From contig JAGVER010000014.1 in assembly GCA_020058085.1 (NCBI GenBank), forward strand, positions 33,747 through 97,746: a stretch of DNA of 64,000 bases. The letters are read 5' to 3'. This DNA comes from Candidatus Omnitrophota bacterium (GTDB lineage: Bacteria > Omnitrophota > Gorgyraeia > Gygaellales > Profunditerraquicolaceae). The notes under the pieces are model-generated. The model did no database searches and was not told the origin of the DNA. It saw only the letters and a list, made by a program, of their open reading frames with translations. Position 1 is the first letter of the stretch, and each line of letters begins with the position of its first letter. A program made the position numbers and the translations under genes. Below, piece after piece: positions 31,546 to 40,886 of this stretch.

Positions 31546-33047
31546 TACTTTCCTTTAACTATTGCAACTAAAAAACCTATTAAGGTAAAAACAGACATAA
31601 ATTCTAACCGCCCTGCCCACATTTGCAAGATATAAGTAACTTTCAATACTGCCGGCATAGAGGGCGAAGTTATGCCGCAAGATAATCCTACATTTGCTGC
31701 GGCTGATGTAGACTCAAACAAAGAATTCAAAAACGGATGCCCGTAGAACATGCCTACGCAAGCTCCAATTCCATACAAGATTAAATATGCTAAAGTAATT
31801 AAGAGCGCGCTCCTAACCTGTTTATCCTCTAAAAATACTTCTTTGATATGATGAAATTTCTGGATCACAATTGCCCTTTCAGGAAGGATTATTCTTTTAA
31901 TATCTTCTATAAATGCTTTAAAGATTATGCCAATCCTTAACATCTTAATCGCTCCAGTAGTGGAACATACAGCACCACCTAAGCCCATAGCTAAAATTAC
32001 TCCTACCAACGCCAGATGATTCCATTCATTTACAAATTGCTGAGCATAAATAGTCTGGAATCCTGTTCCGGTATGCCCGGAAATAAGCTGGTAAAAACCC
32101 TTACGAAAGAGCATAACTACCTTAGGATAAGTACCTATCTGGGTTAAACCTATGGCAGTAATAATAAATGTAGTCATAACCGTGATAAAAAGGGTGGTTG
32201 CCTCTAGGTTTTTCGCTATCTCCTTACGATTACCCATCCAAATGTGATAGTGTAACTTAAAATTAATTGCACCCAAGATCATAATCACAATGGTTACGAT
32301 TTCAAAGATAAAAGAGTGGTAATAAAGTATACTCTGCGACTGCGGAGCAAAACCCCCGGTATCAAAAGCAGCCATAAATATACAGGCACCATGAAAAAAA
32401 GCGCTAAACGGTTTCATCCCATCTAAAATCCCGACTATCCCTAAGGCAAGAGTCCCTAATACTAAATAAACAAGACTTACTAACCATATAAACCTTGAAG
32501 TATGCATAACATTAGGCATAATCTTTTCATCGCGAGCCTCACCAACATACAACTTAAACGCACCGGATGCGCCCTTAACAAAAAATGAGAGGGCGATAAT
32601 TACAATTCCCTGCCCGCCGATAAACATGATTAGGTGGCGCCAGAAATTATGCGCTAAAGAGATATGATCTAAATTCTGCACTAGGGCTAAACCAGTGGTA
32701 GCAAAACCGGACATAGAATCAAAACAGGCATCAAGATAAGATATCCAATGCCCACTTAAATACATCGGGATAGCGCCTAAAAACATTGCCGCAATCCATG
32801 AAAGAGAGACTACAATCATACCCTGCATCCAATTAAGCTCATGCTCGGTATAGCATGCCTTAACCAAAACAAGGCCGAAAATTAAACTTATCTCCAGACC
32901 AATTAAAAAATCTAAAGCAGGATTTATCTCTCCTGCGGCTAAACCTATTAATATAGGTATGGCCATGGTTAAGGCAAGGCCTAAAATAATCTTGCCTAAA
33001 TAATAACCTATAGCCTTAATATCTTGGATGGTTGGCTTTAGAATCAT
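31545..33047 (-). CDS. trkH: TrkH/KtrB-family K+ uptake membrane subunit
   Basis: 500 aa polytopic protein with repeated GGxxG-like pore loops. Adjacent to the TrkA genes. Confidence 0.7.
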   Translation of the reverse strand: MILKPTIQDIKAIGYYLGKIILGLALTMAIPILIGLAAGEINPALDFLIGLEISLIFGLVLVKACYTEHELNWMQGMIVVSLSWIAAMFLGAIPMYLSGHWISYLDACFDSMSGFATTGLALVQNLDHISLAHNFWRHLIMFIGGQGIVIIALSFFVKGASGAFKLYVGEARDEKIMPNVMHTSRFIWLVSLVYLVLGTLALGIVGILDGMKPFSAFFHGACIFMAAFDTGGFAPQSQSILYYHSFIFEIVTIVIMILGAINFKLHYHIWMGNRKEIAKNLEATTLFITVMTTFIITAIGLTQIGTYPKVVMLFRKGFYQLISGHTGTGFQTIYAQQFVNEWNHLALVGVILAMGLGGAVCSTTGAIKMLRIGIIFKAFIEDIKRIILPERAIVIQKFHHIKEVFLEDKQVRSALLITLAYLILYGIGACVGMFYGHPFLNSLFESTSAAANVGLSCGITSPSMPAVLKVTYILQMWAGRLEFMSVFTLIGFLVAIVKGK

Positions 33048-33159
33048 ATTTTAAGACTGAAAACAAAACAAATCAGGAATGCTACAAACATCATGAATAA
33101 AGCATATAATACCTCCGTAAATATGCCTAATATAATATTCAAAGGGAGCTTTACCTTAA

Positions 33160-33822
33160 TCATAATTTTCCTGCCAGTAAATTTAAAAGCTGCGGTTCAT
33201 TTCCTATGAGCGTTAAAGCCACTACATCATCCCCGGGCTTAAGTATAGTATCACCCTTAGGGACGATAACCTCTTCACCCCGTAAAATAGAGACTAAAAC
33301 CGAGTCTTTAGGAAGGAGTATATCCTTAATCTCTTTATTTATTACCGGAGAATCTTCCGGTAGATCCACGCGCACAATAGCAAGTTTACCGCGTTTAAAA
33401 CTCATCAAATTAACGAAGTCTGAAAAAGATACTTCTTCTTCAATAATCTTAGCGATGATCTTAGTAGAATCAACCGGGATATCAATGCCTAACTCGCTGA
33501 AAGTATGTTCATTATCCGGATTATTTACTCTCCCGACCGTGCGCTGTATATTAAACCGCTCTTTAGCTAACTGACAGATAATCAAATTATCTTCATCATC
33601 ACCTGTAACCGCAGCTACTACATCTGCCCGGAGTATTCCGGCCTCTTCTAAGATCCTTGGATCACAACCATCGCCGTTAATTACTAGTGCCTCAATATTC
33701 TTCGCCACATCTTCACAGATAAGCTTATTCTTATCTATAATACTGATAGTATGTTTATTATTTACAAGCCTCTTGGCCAAGAAATAACCCACCTTACCTG
33801 CGCCGATGATTATAATATACAT
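33160..33822 (-). CDS. trkA: TrkA/KtrA K+ transport NAD-binding regulatory subunit
   Basis: IIGAGKVG Rossmann motif (TrkA-N) plus a TrkA-C domain. Confidence 0.75.
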   Translation of the reverse strand: MYIIIIGAGKVGYFLAKRLVNNKHTISIIDKNKLICEDVAKNIEALVINGDGCDPRILEEAGILRADVVAAVTGDDEDNLIICQLAKERFNIQRTVGRVNNPDNEHTFSELGIDIPVDSTKIIAKIIEEEVSFSDFVNLMSFKRGKLAIVRVDLPEDSPVINKEIKDILLPKDSVLVSILRGEEVIVPKGDTILKPGDDVVALTLIGNEPQLLNLLAGKL

Positions 33823-33910
33823 TTCTTACAGACCTCCAATCTAATTCTCCCTATATTTGTATTTAGAGAATTAATCCCTTCTCGCTGAAGGCGAAAAGGG
33901 ACCTAACAAC

Positions 33911-34558
33911 TTAAAGCAACTTAAACTTTTCTTTTATCTTATCAAGACTGGCAACTTTAATTACCGCCATTAATACGTCTTTAAGTTTAAATACAGTCAC
34001 ACTCTCCGGAATAATAACCCCGGAAAGCCTTCTAATAGCTACTATCATAAATTCTTGAGGAATATTTATATCCATGGGAGTCTTACCGACAAGCTCATCC
34101 TTAACTTCAATCTCAAATACTCCGAGATCCTTAGTTTCAATTAAATAGCTAGAGAAGCGGCTTTCAATAATTTTATCTCTTAGCATAGAGGCAAAAAGCG
34201 TTGTCCCGCTTATAATATCCAGGCCTAATGCCGCATAGATATGCGCACGCTGAGGATCATATACGCGAGCGATAACTTTGGGAACCTTGAATATTTTCTT
34301 AGCCACTTGCGCTGAAATTAAATTAGTATTATCTCCATTAGTAACAGTGCAAAAGGCGTCTGCTTTTTCAATTCCTACCTGTTTTAACAGATCGAGATCG
34401 AATCCATTCCCAGCCATGGTTAAACCATTAAAGGTATTACCTAGACGGTCAAAAGAATCCCGGGATTTGTCAATTACAACGACATTATGCCCTTCGTTAG
34501 ACAAAAGCTTTGCCAGCTCGGCGCCTACTCTTCCGCAACCAACTATTATCACATACAT
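33911..34558 (-). CDS. second TrkA/KtrA-like NAD-binding subunit
   Basis: IVGCGRVG Rossmann motif plus TrkA-C. Paralogue of 33160..33822; the two share a near-identical 5' UTR. Confidence 0.7.
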   Translation of the reverse strand: MYVIIVGCGRVGAELAKLLSNEGHNVVVIDKSRDSFDRLGNTFNGLTMAGNGFDLDLLKQVGIEKADAFCTVTNGDNTNLISAQVAKKIFKVPKVIARVYDPQRAHIYAALGLDIISGTTLFASMLRDKIIESRFSSYLIETKDLGVFEIEVKDELVGKTPMDINIPQEFMIVAIRRLSGVIIPESVTVFKLKDVLMAVIKVASLDKIKEKFKLL

Positions 34559-34589
34559 TCGGTTACGACCTCCAATCTTAATTCTCCTG

Positions 34590-34937
34590 CTATTTCTTAA
34601 CTAGCCCCACTATTTTCTTAAAAGCCGTACTATCCTTTACTGCTAAATCTGCGAGAATCTTGCGGTCTAAAGCAATCTTCGACTTCTTTAAACCATTCAT
34701 AAATACGCTATAGGTAATACCCTGCGCTCGACAAGCGGCATTGATGCGCGCAATCCATAAAGCACGAAACTCTCTTTTCTTATTATGCCTATCGCGGTAT
34801 GCATACTTTAAAGCATGCATAAGCGCTCTGCTTGCCTGCTGGTATTGCTTACTCCTGTCCCCGAAATAACCCTTAGTCTTTTTTAATAACCTTTTCTTTC
34901 TTCTACGTGTTGCGACACTATGTTTAATCTTAGCCAT
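34590..34937 (-). CDS. rplT: 50S ribosomal protein L20
   Basis: [26 protein letters not shown]... Start trimmed to ATG at 34937; the upstream [10 protein letters not shown] in the ORF track is repeat read-through. Confidence 0.9.
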   Translation of the reverse strand: MAKIKHSVATRRRKKRLLKKTKGYFGDRSKQYQQASRALMHALKYAYRDRHNKKREFRALWIARINAACRAQGITYSVFMNGLKKSKIALDRKILADLAVKDSTAFKKIVGLVKK

Positions 34938-34946
34938 GACAATTCC

Positions 34947-35034
34947 TCTCCTTGTGCAGTAGCACACACCGGACTCTCAATTAAGTCCGGGTGTTGCGCA
35001 GTAGCGCATAGCGGCCGCTCCAATTAGGCCGGGT
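34947..35034. repeat. structured intergenic repeat, family 2 copy a (rpmI-rplT spacer; two hairpin units)
   Basis: ctccttgtgcagtagcacacaccggactctcaattaagtccgggtgtt matches 43088..43137. It is followed by a second unit, gcagtagcgcatagcggccgctccaattaggccgggta, that resembles family 1. Confidence 0.75.
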
Positions 35035-35039
35035 ATTTT

Positions 35040-35240
35040 TTATCCGTATGGTAACATCCTTTTTAAATACTTTGTTTCTTTTTTATTATTCAATACGCCA
35101 CGTTTTCTTAATCTTCTTAATCTCTTGGCTTTCTTACTGGAGGCAAGGTGGCTTTTCCCGCCAAGCGAATATTTAATTTTACCCTTCTTGGTTAATTTAA
35201 ACCTTTTTGCTACTCCCCTTTTAGTCTTTAGCTTTCCCAT
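35040..35240 (-). CDS. rpmI: 50S ribosomal protein L35
   Basis: MGKLKTKRGVAKRFKLTKKGK, 66 aa. Confidence 0.9.
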   Translation of the reverse strand: MGKLKTKRGVAKRFKLTKKGKIKYSLGGKSHLASSKKAKRLRRLRKRGVLNNKKETKYLKRMLPYG

Positions 35241-35250
35241 TTTTTACCTC

Positions 35251-35769
35251 TTATGATTTAGGTGCAATTACAAAATACATAATCCTGCCTTCTAACGCAG
35301 GTGATTTTTCTACCTGGCCATCACCGGATAAATCAAGAATAAATTTATCTAAAACCTTTCTTCCTAAATCCAGATGTTCCATCTGCCTGCCACGGAAGAA
35401 AAGATTAATCTTAACTTTATCTTTTTTCTTCAAAAAACTTATTACCTGTTTTAGCTTAGTTTCATAATCATGGTCGTCAATATTTGGTTTTAAGCGAATC
35501 TCCTTAAGCTTACTCTGCTTTTGATGTTTTTTTGCCTCGCGCTCTTTTTTCTCCTCGTCATATTTGAACTTGCTGAAATCGATAATACGACAAACCGGAG
35601 GATTGGCGCTAGGAGCCACCTCTACCAAATCAAGTTCATACTGATTAGCTAATTCCAGGGCTTTTTGTATAGCTACTATCCCCAACTGATTTGCGTCCGG
35701 GCCGATAAGCCTTACATGTGGGACGCGAATCCTTTCATTTACTCGAATAAACTTTTTTATCGCAACCAC
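35251..35769 (-). CDS. infC: translation initiation factor IF-3 (GTG start)
   Basis: 172 aa with N and C IF-3 domains. The first codon is GTG. infC-rpmI-rplT order. Confidence 0.85.
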   Translation of the reverse strand: MVAIKKFIRVNERIRVPHVRLIGPDANQLGIVAIQKALELANQYELDLVEVAPSANPPVCRIIDFSKFKYDEEKKEREAKKHQKQSKLKEIRLKPNIDDHDYETKLKQVISFLKKKDKVKINLFFRGRQMEHLDLGRKVLDKFILDLSGDGQVEKSPALEGRIMYFVIAPKS

Positions 35770-35778
35770 CTACCTTTC

Positions 35779-37497
35779 TTATTGTTTGTTTTTTATCTCT
35801 TCAGTGGCTTGCTTTATAAAATCACTAAGCGCCACTGTGCCTATATTTCCCTTGCCTTTTTTTCTAATCGCTACTGTGCCGGCCATAGCCTCGCGCTCCC
35901 CGATAACAAGTGAATAAGGTATCTTGTTCAACTCGGCATTACGTATTCTTTTATTTAAAGTTTCATTGCTGGAGTCTATCTCTACACGCAAACCCGCATC
36001 TATTAAGTCGCTCATTACCTTTAAGCTATATTCGATAACAGAAGAACTAACCGGTATAATCAAAGTTTGAACCGGGGCAAGCCAGAGAGGAAAATCCGCA
36101 TTATAGTGCTCTATCAATGCACCGATAAAACGCTCTAAGCTTCCTAATAAAACCCTATGTAACATTATCGGTTGCTTCTCCTTGCCTTCATTATCGACAT
36201 AAGCAAGGCCAAATCTTTTAGGAAGGGCAAAATCGCATTGAATAGTAGCGCACTGCCAAGACCTCTTTAGGGCATCCTTTAATTTTATATCTATCTTAGG
36301 GCCGTAAAATGCTCCGTCCCCCTCATTAATATCATACTTTAATCCTTTTTCTTTTAAGGTGCTCTCTAACGCCTCCGTCGCCCTCCGCCAATCTTCTTCG
36401 GAACCGATATAATCTTTAGGCCGTGTGCTTAATTCTATTGCCCAATCATAAAACCCGAAAACCTTCATCGTATCAAATACGAAATCTATAACTCCTCCAA
36501 TTTCTTCGCGAAGTTGTTCAGGTAAACAAAATATATGCGCATCATCCTGAGTAAATCCGCGCACGCGCAATAGCCCATGCAAAACCCCTGCCTTTTCATG
36601 GCGATAAACCGTCCCCAGTTCAAATAGGCGTATAGGCAAATCTTTATAACTTCTCGTTTGTGATTTATAGATCAAAATATGCCCAGGACAATTCATCGGT
36701 TTCAAGACGTATTCTTGTTCGTCTATTTTGAATATATGCATATTATCTTTATAATAATCGTAGTGCCCGCTTTTCTTCCAAAGCCCAGACTGCATAATAT
36801 GCGGGGTAGTTACCATCTGATATCCACGTTTTAAATGTTCTTTCTTTTCATATTCTTCAATAAGGTTACGCAGTATTGCTCCTTTAGGATAATAAAAAAC
36901 TAACCCTGCCCCCGCCTCTTCATGATATATATCAAACAATCCTAAAGCCGGACCTATCTTACGGTGGTCGCGCAACCGAGCCTCTTCCAAATTTTTTAAA
37001 TGCCCCTCCAATTCTTTATGGGTTAAAAAAGCTGTGCCATAAATTCTCTGGAGCATTGGGTTGGTCTCTATGCCATGCCAATATGCCCCAGCGACAGAAA
37101 GAAGCTTAAAGGCCTTGATCTCTAAGGCAGATTCAATATGCGGCCCACGGCATAAATCTACAAATTTGTTTCCGGTTTTATAAATAGTTACCTTTGGATC
37201 GGCCAAGGCATTAATTAATTCTACCTTATAATCCTCTTTCAGCTTTCTAAATAATTTTATCGCCGCATCACGGTTAACTTCTTCCCTAATAAACTTTTCG
37301 TCTGAAGCTATAATTTCACGCATTTTGTTCTCGATCTTAAACAGGTCATCGTCGGTAAAGGGAGTTTTCTTATCGAAATCATAATAAAACCCATCCTCTA
37401 TAGAAGGGCCTATAGCTAATTTGGCATCCGGCCAAAGCTCTTTTACTGCGTAAGCCATTATATGTGAACAAGAGTGCCTTAAGGTATCTAGATTCAT
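35779..37497 (-). CDS. thrS: threonyl-tRNA synthetase (lacking the N-terminal TGS domain)
   Basis: Starts at the editing domain (HSCSH), followed by the class II catalytic and anticodon-binding domains. 572 aa. Confidence 0.8.
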   Translation of the reverse strand: MNLDTLRHSCSHIMAYAVKELWPDAKLAIGPSIEDGFYYDFDKKTPFTDDDLFKIENKMREIIASDEKFIREEVNRDAAIKLFRKLKEDYKVELINALADPKVTIYKTGNKFVDLCRGPHIESALEIKAFKLLSVAGAYWHGIETNPMLQRIYGTAFLTHKELEGHLKNLEEARLRDHRKIGPALGLFDIYHEEAGAGLVFYYPKGAILRNLIEEYEKKEHLKRGYQMVTTPHIMQSGLWKKSGHYDYYKDNMHIFKIDEQEYVLKPMNCPGHILIYKSQTRSYKDLPIRLFELGTVYRHEKAGVLHGLLRVRGFTQDDAHIFCLPEQLREEIGGVIDFVFDTMKVFGFYDWAIELSTRPKDYIGSEEDWRRATEALESTLKEKGLKYDINEGDGAFYGPKIDIKLKDALKRSWQCATIQCDFALPKRFGLAYVDNEGKEKQPIMLHRVLLGSLERFIGALIEHYNADFPLWLAPVQTLIIPVSSSVIEYSLKVMSDLIDAGLRVEIDSSNETLNKRIRNAELNKIPYSLVIGEREAMAGTVAIRKKGKGNIGTVALSDFIKQATEEIKNKQ

Positions 37498-38571
37498 TTA
37501 ATCACTGACAAATATATTGTTAGGTAACAGGTCTAATTTCTGAAAACGCTGAAAGAATAAGGGATAATATCTTATTGTCGGCTTAAGGCTACCCACTACT
37601 TTATCGTTTTCCATTTTCTCAAAACGGAAAGTAAATAAATCATTGAAGAGGATTTCATTATTATCCAGCCCCCTTACTTCGGTAATATAGGTAACCTTGC
37701 GGCTGCCATCCCGTACTCTCTCTAAATGCACGATTACATTAATAGCCGAGGCAATTAATTTTCTCGATTCTAAGATTGGGATATTCATCCCCGACATTAA
37801 GACCATAGTCTCCAGACGCGCCACTACATCCTTAGGGGAATTCCCGTGCACAACTCCTATGGTCCCGGAATGCCCCGTAGCCATAGCCTGAAACATGTTT
37901 ATTGCTTCTTCTCCCCGGACCTCTCCGACAATGATACGATCAGGAGCCATACGTAAGGAGTTAGAAATTAAATCTTTCAAGCTAACCCCGCCCTTACCAT
38001 CTTCGTCCGGTGTTCTTGTTTCCATAGAAATGTAGTTCTCCTGCGTGAACCTTAATTCCGCGGCATCTTCAATAGTAACCACTCTCTCGTGGGGAGCGAA
38101 ATAATTAGAGAGCATTTGCAAAAGAGTAGTCTTACCCGTACTTGTTCCTCCGGAAAATATCATATTTATCTTACCCTTAATACAAGCAATTAAAAAATCT
38201 GCTGCCTTCTGAGTCAAGGTATCATTAGCAATTAAATCCTGAAGCGTACCTATCTGTTTAGAAAATTTCCTGAAGGTTACTGCTGTCCCGAAACGAGATA
38301 CCGGAGCCATAATCATATTCACACGCGTGCCATCTTCAAGACAAACATCACCATAATAAATATCGTTACCTACGCGCTTGCCCACAGCGCGGAAAAAATT
38401 TCCTATAGTCCTGACCAGATCTTCCTCGCCAGAAAAGACAACATCGCTTAGGGCTTTTTTACCATCTCTCTCTACAAAAACTTTTTTAGGACCATTGACC
38501 ATAATTTCAGAAATTGCTGGGTCATCTATCAGTTTTTGCAGTGGACCTAAATCTAATTTATTACTCTCCAT
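37498..38571 (-). CDS. CpaF/TadA-like secretion or pilus-assembly ATPase (VirB11 superfamily), orphan
   Basis: [20 protein letters not shown] and Walker [15 protein letters not shown]. No other pilus genes nearby. Confidence 0.6.
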   Translation of the reverse strand: MESNKLDLGPLQKLIDDPAISEIMVNGPKKVFVERDGKKALSDVVFSGEEDLVRTIGNFFRAVGKRVGNDIYYGDVCLEDGTRVNMIMAPVSRFGTAVTFRKFSKQIGTLQDLIANDTLTQKAADFLIACIKGKINMIFSGGTSTGKTTLLQMLSNYFAPHERVVTIEDAAELRFTQENYISMETRTPDEDGKGGVSLKDLISNSLRMAPDRIIVGEVRGEEAINMFQAMATGHSGTIGVVHGNSPKDVVARLETMVLMSGMNIPILESRKLIASAINVIVHLERVRDGSRKVTYITEVRGLDNNEILFNDLFTFRFEKMENDKVVGSLKPTIRYYPLFFQRFQKLDLLPNNIFVSD

Positions 38572-38622
38572 ACTAACCTCGCTTTCTATGCCAATTTAAT
38601 TTTCTTGTCAAAAAATTTAAAT

Positions 38623-38695
38623 GGGCGCTACAGGATTTGAACCCGTGGCCTTTTCCATGTCAAGGAAACGCTCTAACCAACTGAGCTAAGCGCCC
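38623..38695 (-). tRNA. tRNA-Val(GAC)
   Basis: Reverse complement GGGCGCTTAGCTCAGTTGGTTAGAGCG-TTTCC-TTGACAT-GGAAA...GGGTTCAAATCC...GCGCCC. Confidence 0.75.
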
Positions 38696-38703
38696 AAACT
38701 ATC

Positions 38704-38787
38704 ATGGGCAGGGAGGGAGTCGAACCCTCACGCTCTTACGAACGGGAGATTTTAAGTCTCCATTGTCTGCCATTCCAACACCTGCCC
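38704..38787 (-). tRNA. tRNA-Leu(TAA)
   Basis: Reverse complement GGGCAGG-TG-TTGGAATGGCAGACAA...GGAGA-CTTAAAA-TCTCC, a long variable arm, GGGTTCGACTCCCT and CCTGCCC. Confidence 0.75.
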
Positions 38788-38794
38788 AATTCTT

Positions 38795-39463
38795 CTAGGA
38801 ACAAAACGGAATGGTTGTTTTGCTTTTGCTCCAGCCCGCGTACGAATGCATACATTCTTGGGCTAATTTTATTTTTCTATCTAAACCAAAACAATTCTCA
38901 TAATAACAGTTTCTAGAAATTTCTTTAGCGGCCATTTTCCCGTATTTCAATACCCACAAATTAGCCCCATTCTTATGTATCTTGCCACGGACTTTTAATA
39001 AATTCTCAGCCACATTGTTTAACCAACTAATAAATTCACTAGATCCGGAATAAATTCTTAAACTCCACTGTTCTCTTTTATTCGAGGGATGAATCCATGC
39101 GCGAATGCAACCATCGCTATCAATTAGCCCTCTTAAAAAATCAACAAAAAATTTACTTGGCACATCTATTTTGCCTAAGGTAAGTGATTTGTTCGGTGTT
39201 AATCCTATTGATAAAAGAAATTCGTAAAAATTCCTATTTCCAATTTGGATATGAAAACATTTTTGTTTTTTACCATTATACTTAACACCGATTTGATTAG
39301 CAATACCAATCACAGTCTTTAGTTCTTGAAGAAAATTTTGATCTTTAGATGTTATATCAATATGCCTACCATCGGTACACAAACAGCCATCTGTCGTAAT
39401 CAACCCCACTAAATACCAAAGATTTGCGCCTACAATTTTTAATTCTTTTCGCTTTTGCGGCAT
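38795..39463 (-). CDS. free-standing double-motif LAGLIDADG homing endonuclease
   Basis: Two LAGLIDADG motifs, WYLVGLITTDGCL and FLRGLIDSDGCI. Start trimmed to MPQKRK (ATG at 39463), because the ORF-track version runs into tRNA-Cys. Flanked within 12 nt by intact tRNA genes. Confidence 0.7.
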   Translation of the reverse strand: MPQKRKELKIVGANLWYLVGLITTDGCLCTDGRHIDITSKDQNFLQELKTVIGIANQIGVKYNGKKQKCFHIQIGNRNFYEFLLSIGLTPNKSLTLGKIDVPSKFFVDFLRGLIDSDGCIRAWIHPSNKREQWSLRIYSGSSEFISWLNNVAENLLKVRGKIHKNGANLWVLKYGKMAAKEISRNCYYENCFGLDRKIKLAQECMHSYAGWSKSKTTIPFCS

Positions 39464-39474
39464 TTTTAATTCTA

Positions 39475-39546
39475 AGGCGACGAGCGGATTCGAACCGCTG
39501 AATAGCTCTTTTGCAGAGAGCTGCCTTACCACTTGGCTACGTCGCC
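39475..39546 (-). tRNA. tRNA-Cys(GCA)
   Basis: Reverse complement GGCGACGTAGCCAAGTGGTAAGGCA-GCTCT-CTGCAAA-AGAGC...GGTTCGAATCC...CGTCGCC. Confidence 0.75.
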
Positions 39547-39552
39547 AAACAT

Positions 39553-40092
39553 CTAAAGAACCTTGTTAACCTCCTTGATTATCGCCTCAATATCAGCCAA
39601 ACACCCCATACCAACGTCTCCACAGGCGAGTTTACCTTCTTGGGGGCCAATAAAAACATAGCCTAACTTTTTAAGTTTAGCAATATTATCCTGAGTAATT
39701 TTATTTTTATACATATTCTCGTTCATAGCCGGAGCGATTAAAACCGGGGCTCTGGTTGCGAGAATAATACAAGTCAATAAATCATCGCAAATTCCGGCGG
39801 CTATCTTAGCAATAATATTTGCTGTTGCTGGCGCAAGCAAAATTAAATCTGCTTTTTTGGCTAAAGATATGTGTTCTATCTCCCAAGTATCCACAAAATC
39901 AAAAAGCCCGCAATAAACCTTATTTCCGGAAAGGTTCTGGAAAACTATCGGCCTAATTAATTCTTCCGATTCTTTGGTCATCACTACAGTTACAGAACCA
40001 ATCTTCTCTTTAATCTGGCGCACGATATCACAAGATTTATAAATGGCGATACTCGCGCTAACCCCCAAAATAATATTCTTCTCTTTAACCAA
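39553..40092 (-). CDS. coaC: phosphopantothenoylcysteine decarboxylase-type flavoprotein (CoaC domain only)
   Basis: 179 aa with IILGVSASIAIYK, typical of the HFCD flavoprotein family. No CoaB domain is fused. Confidence 0.65.
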   Translation of the reverse strand: MVKEKNIILGVSASIAIYKSCDIVRQIKEKIGSVTVVMTKESEELIRPIVFQNLSGNKVYCGLFDFVDTWEIEHISLAKKADLILLAPATANIIAKIAAGICDDLLTCIILATRAPVLIAPAMNENMYKNKITQDNIAKLKKLGYVFIGPQEGKLACGDVGMGCLADIEAIIKEVNKVL

Positions 40093-40094
40093 TT

Positions 40095-40304
40095 TTACCC
40101 TTTGCCCTTAAGCTTCTTAGCCCGTACCCTGCCTTCAGTAATTTCATATAAGGCTATCGTAGAAGGCTTCAAGGCAGCATTGACATCTACGAGTTTAGGC
40201 TGGCCTTCGGCAATTTCAAGGGCTCTTTTTGCTGCCAAATTGACCAACTTATAAATCGACCCCTCACTCTTATCCAATAATCTTTCTCTATCAACATAAC
40301 CCAT
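40095..40304 (-). CDS. rpoZ: DNA-directed RNA polymerase subunit omega
   Basis: 69 aa with SIYKLVNLAAKRALEI. gmk-rpoZ synteny. Confidence 0.75.
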   Translation of the reverse strand: MGYVDRERLLDKSEGSIYKLVNLAAKRALEIAEGQPKLVDVNAALKPSTIALYEITEGRVRAKKLKGKG

Positions 40305-40307
40305 AGC

Positions 40308-40886
40308 TTACTCCTCGCTTTTATTTAATAACCTTTTTAATATAATACCTTTTAGTCTTTTGGCCGCTTGAACTAAATTTATATTTTTCAAAGAATAATC
40401 ATATTCTGATACATTCTTAAGCTCTCTCTCTGCGCGACTGATGCGCTTTGAGATCTCCTCCTCTCTGGTGCCCAGAGAGCGTCCCTCAATTCTTTTACGC
40501 AACTCCCCAAGAGAAGGGGGCATAATAAAAATGGTTATTGTATCCTTAGGATAAAGTTTTTTTATCCTACTGGCGCCCTTAAAATCGAGACAGAGCAATA
40601 CGTTTTTACCTTTTTTTAAGCTAAGCTCAAGTAAATCTTTTTTGGTGCCGTAATAATAGCCTAAGTACCTTGTCCATTCAAGAATTCTTTTGTTTTTTCT
40701 TAAGCTATGGAATATGTTTTCATTTATAAAAAAATAGTCCCTCCCTTCCCTCTCGCCTAAGCGCATAGGACGAGTAGTGAAAGAGATAGACTTAACAAAT
40801 ATTTTCTTGAGCGCCTTCTCCTTAAGCAGACGGTCGCGCAAGGTAGTCTTGCCCGAGCCCGAAGGGCCGGAAAGGACAAAAATCAT
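40308..40886 (-). CDS. gmk: guanylate kinase
   Basis: IFVLSGPSGSGKTTL P-loop and the guanylate kinase fold. Confidence 0.8.
   Translation of the reverse strand: MIFVLSGPSGSGKTTLRDRLLKEKALKKIFVKSISFTTRPMRLGEREGRDYFFINENIFHSLRKNKRILEWTRYLGYYYGTKKDLLELSLKKGKNVLLCLDFKGASRIKKLYPKDTITIFIMPPSLGELRKRIEGRSLGTREEEISKRISRAERELKNVSEYDYSLKNINLVQAAKRLKGIILKRLLNKSEE

Noticed and set aside
34938-34967. MCYCTRR... N-terminal extensions on the rplT and parB (43081..43110) ORF-track entries.
   Set aside because: Read-through of the family-2 repeat. The true starts are MAKIKHS (rplT, 34937) and MERKALGKG (parB, 43080), each with its own ribosome-binding site.
38704-38916. 70-aa plus-strand ORF overlapping tRNA-Leu and the 3' end of the homing-endonuclease gene.
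   Set aside because: It overlaps a tRNA gene and a well-supported CDS and has no independent support.
38788-39474. Possibility that the LAGLIDADG ORF is housed in a group I intron of tRNA-Leu(TAA) or tRNA-Cys.
   Set aside because: Both tRNAs are colinear and complete (acceptor, D, anticodon, variable and T arms all present). Only 7 and 11 nt separate the ORF from them, leaving no room for intron core structure.
39464-39532. 5' part of ORF 38795..39532, which extends the LAGLIDADG gene into tRNA-Cys.
   Set aside because: The open frame runs through the tRNA only because no stop intervenes. The first ATG with upstream context is at 39463, downstream of the tRNA.
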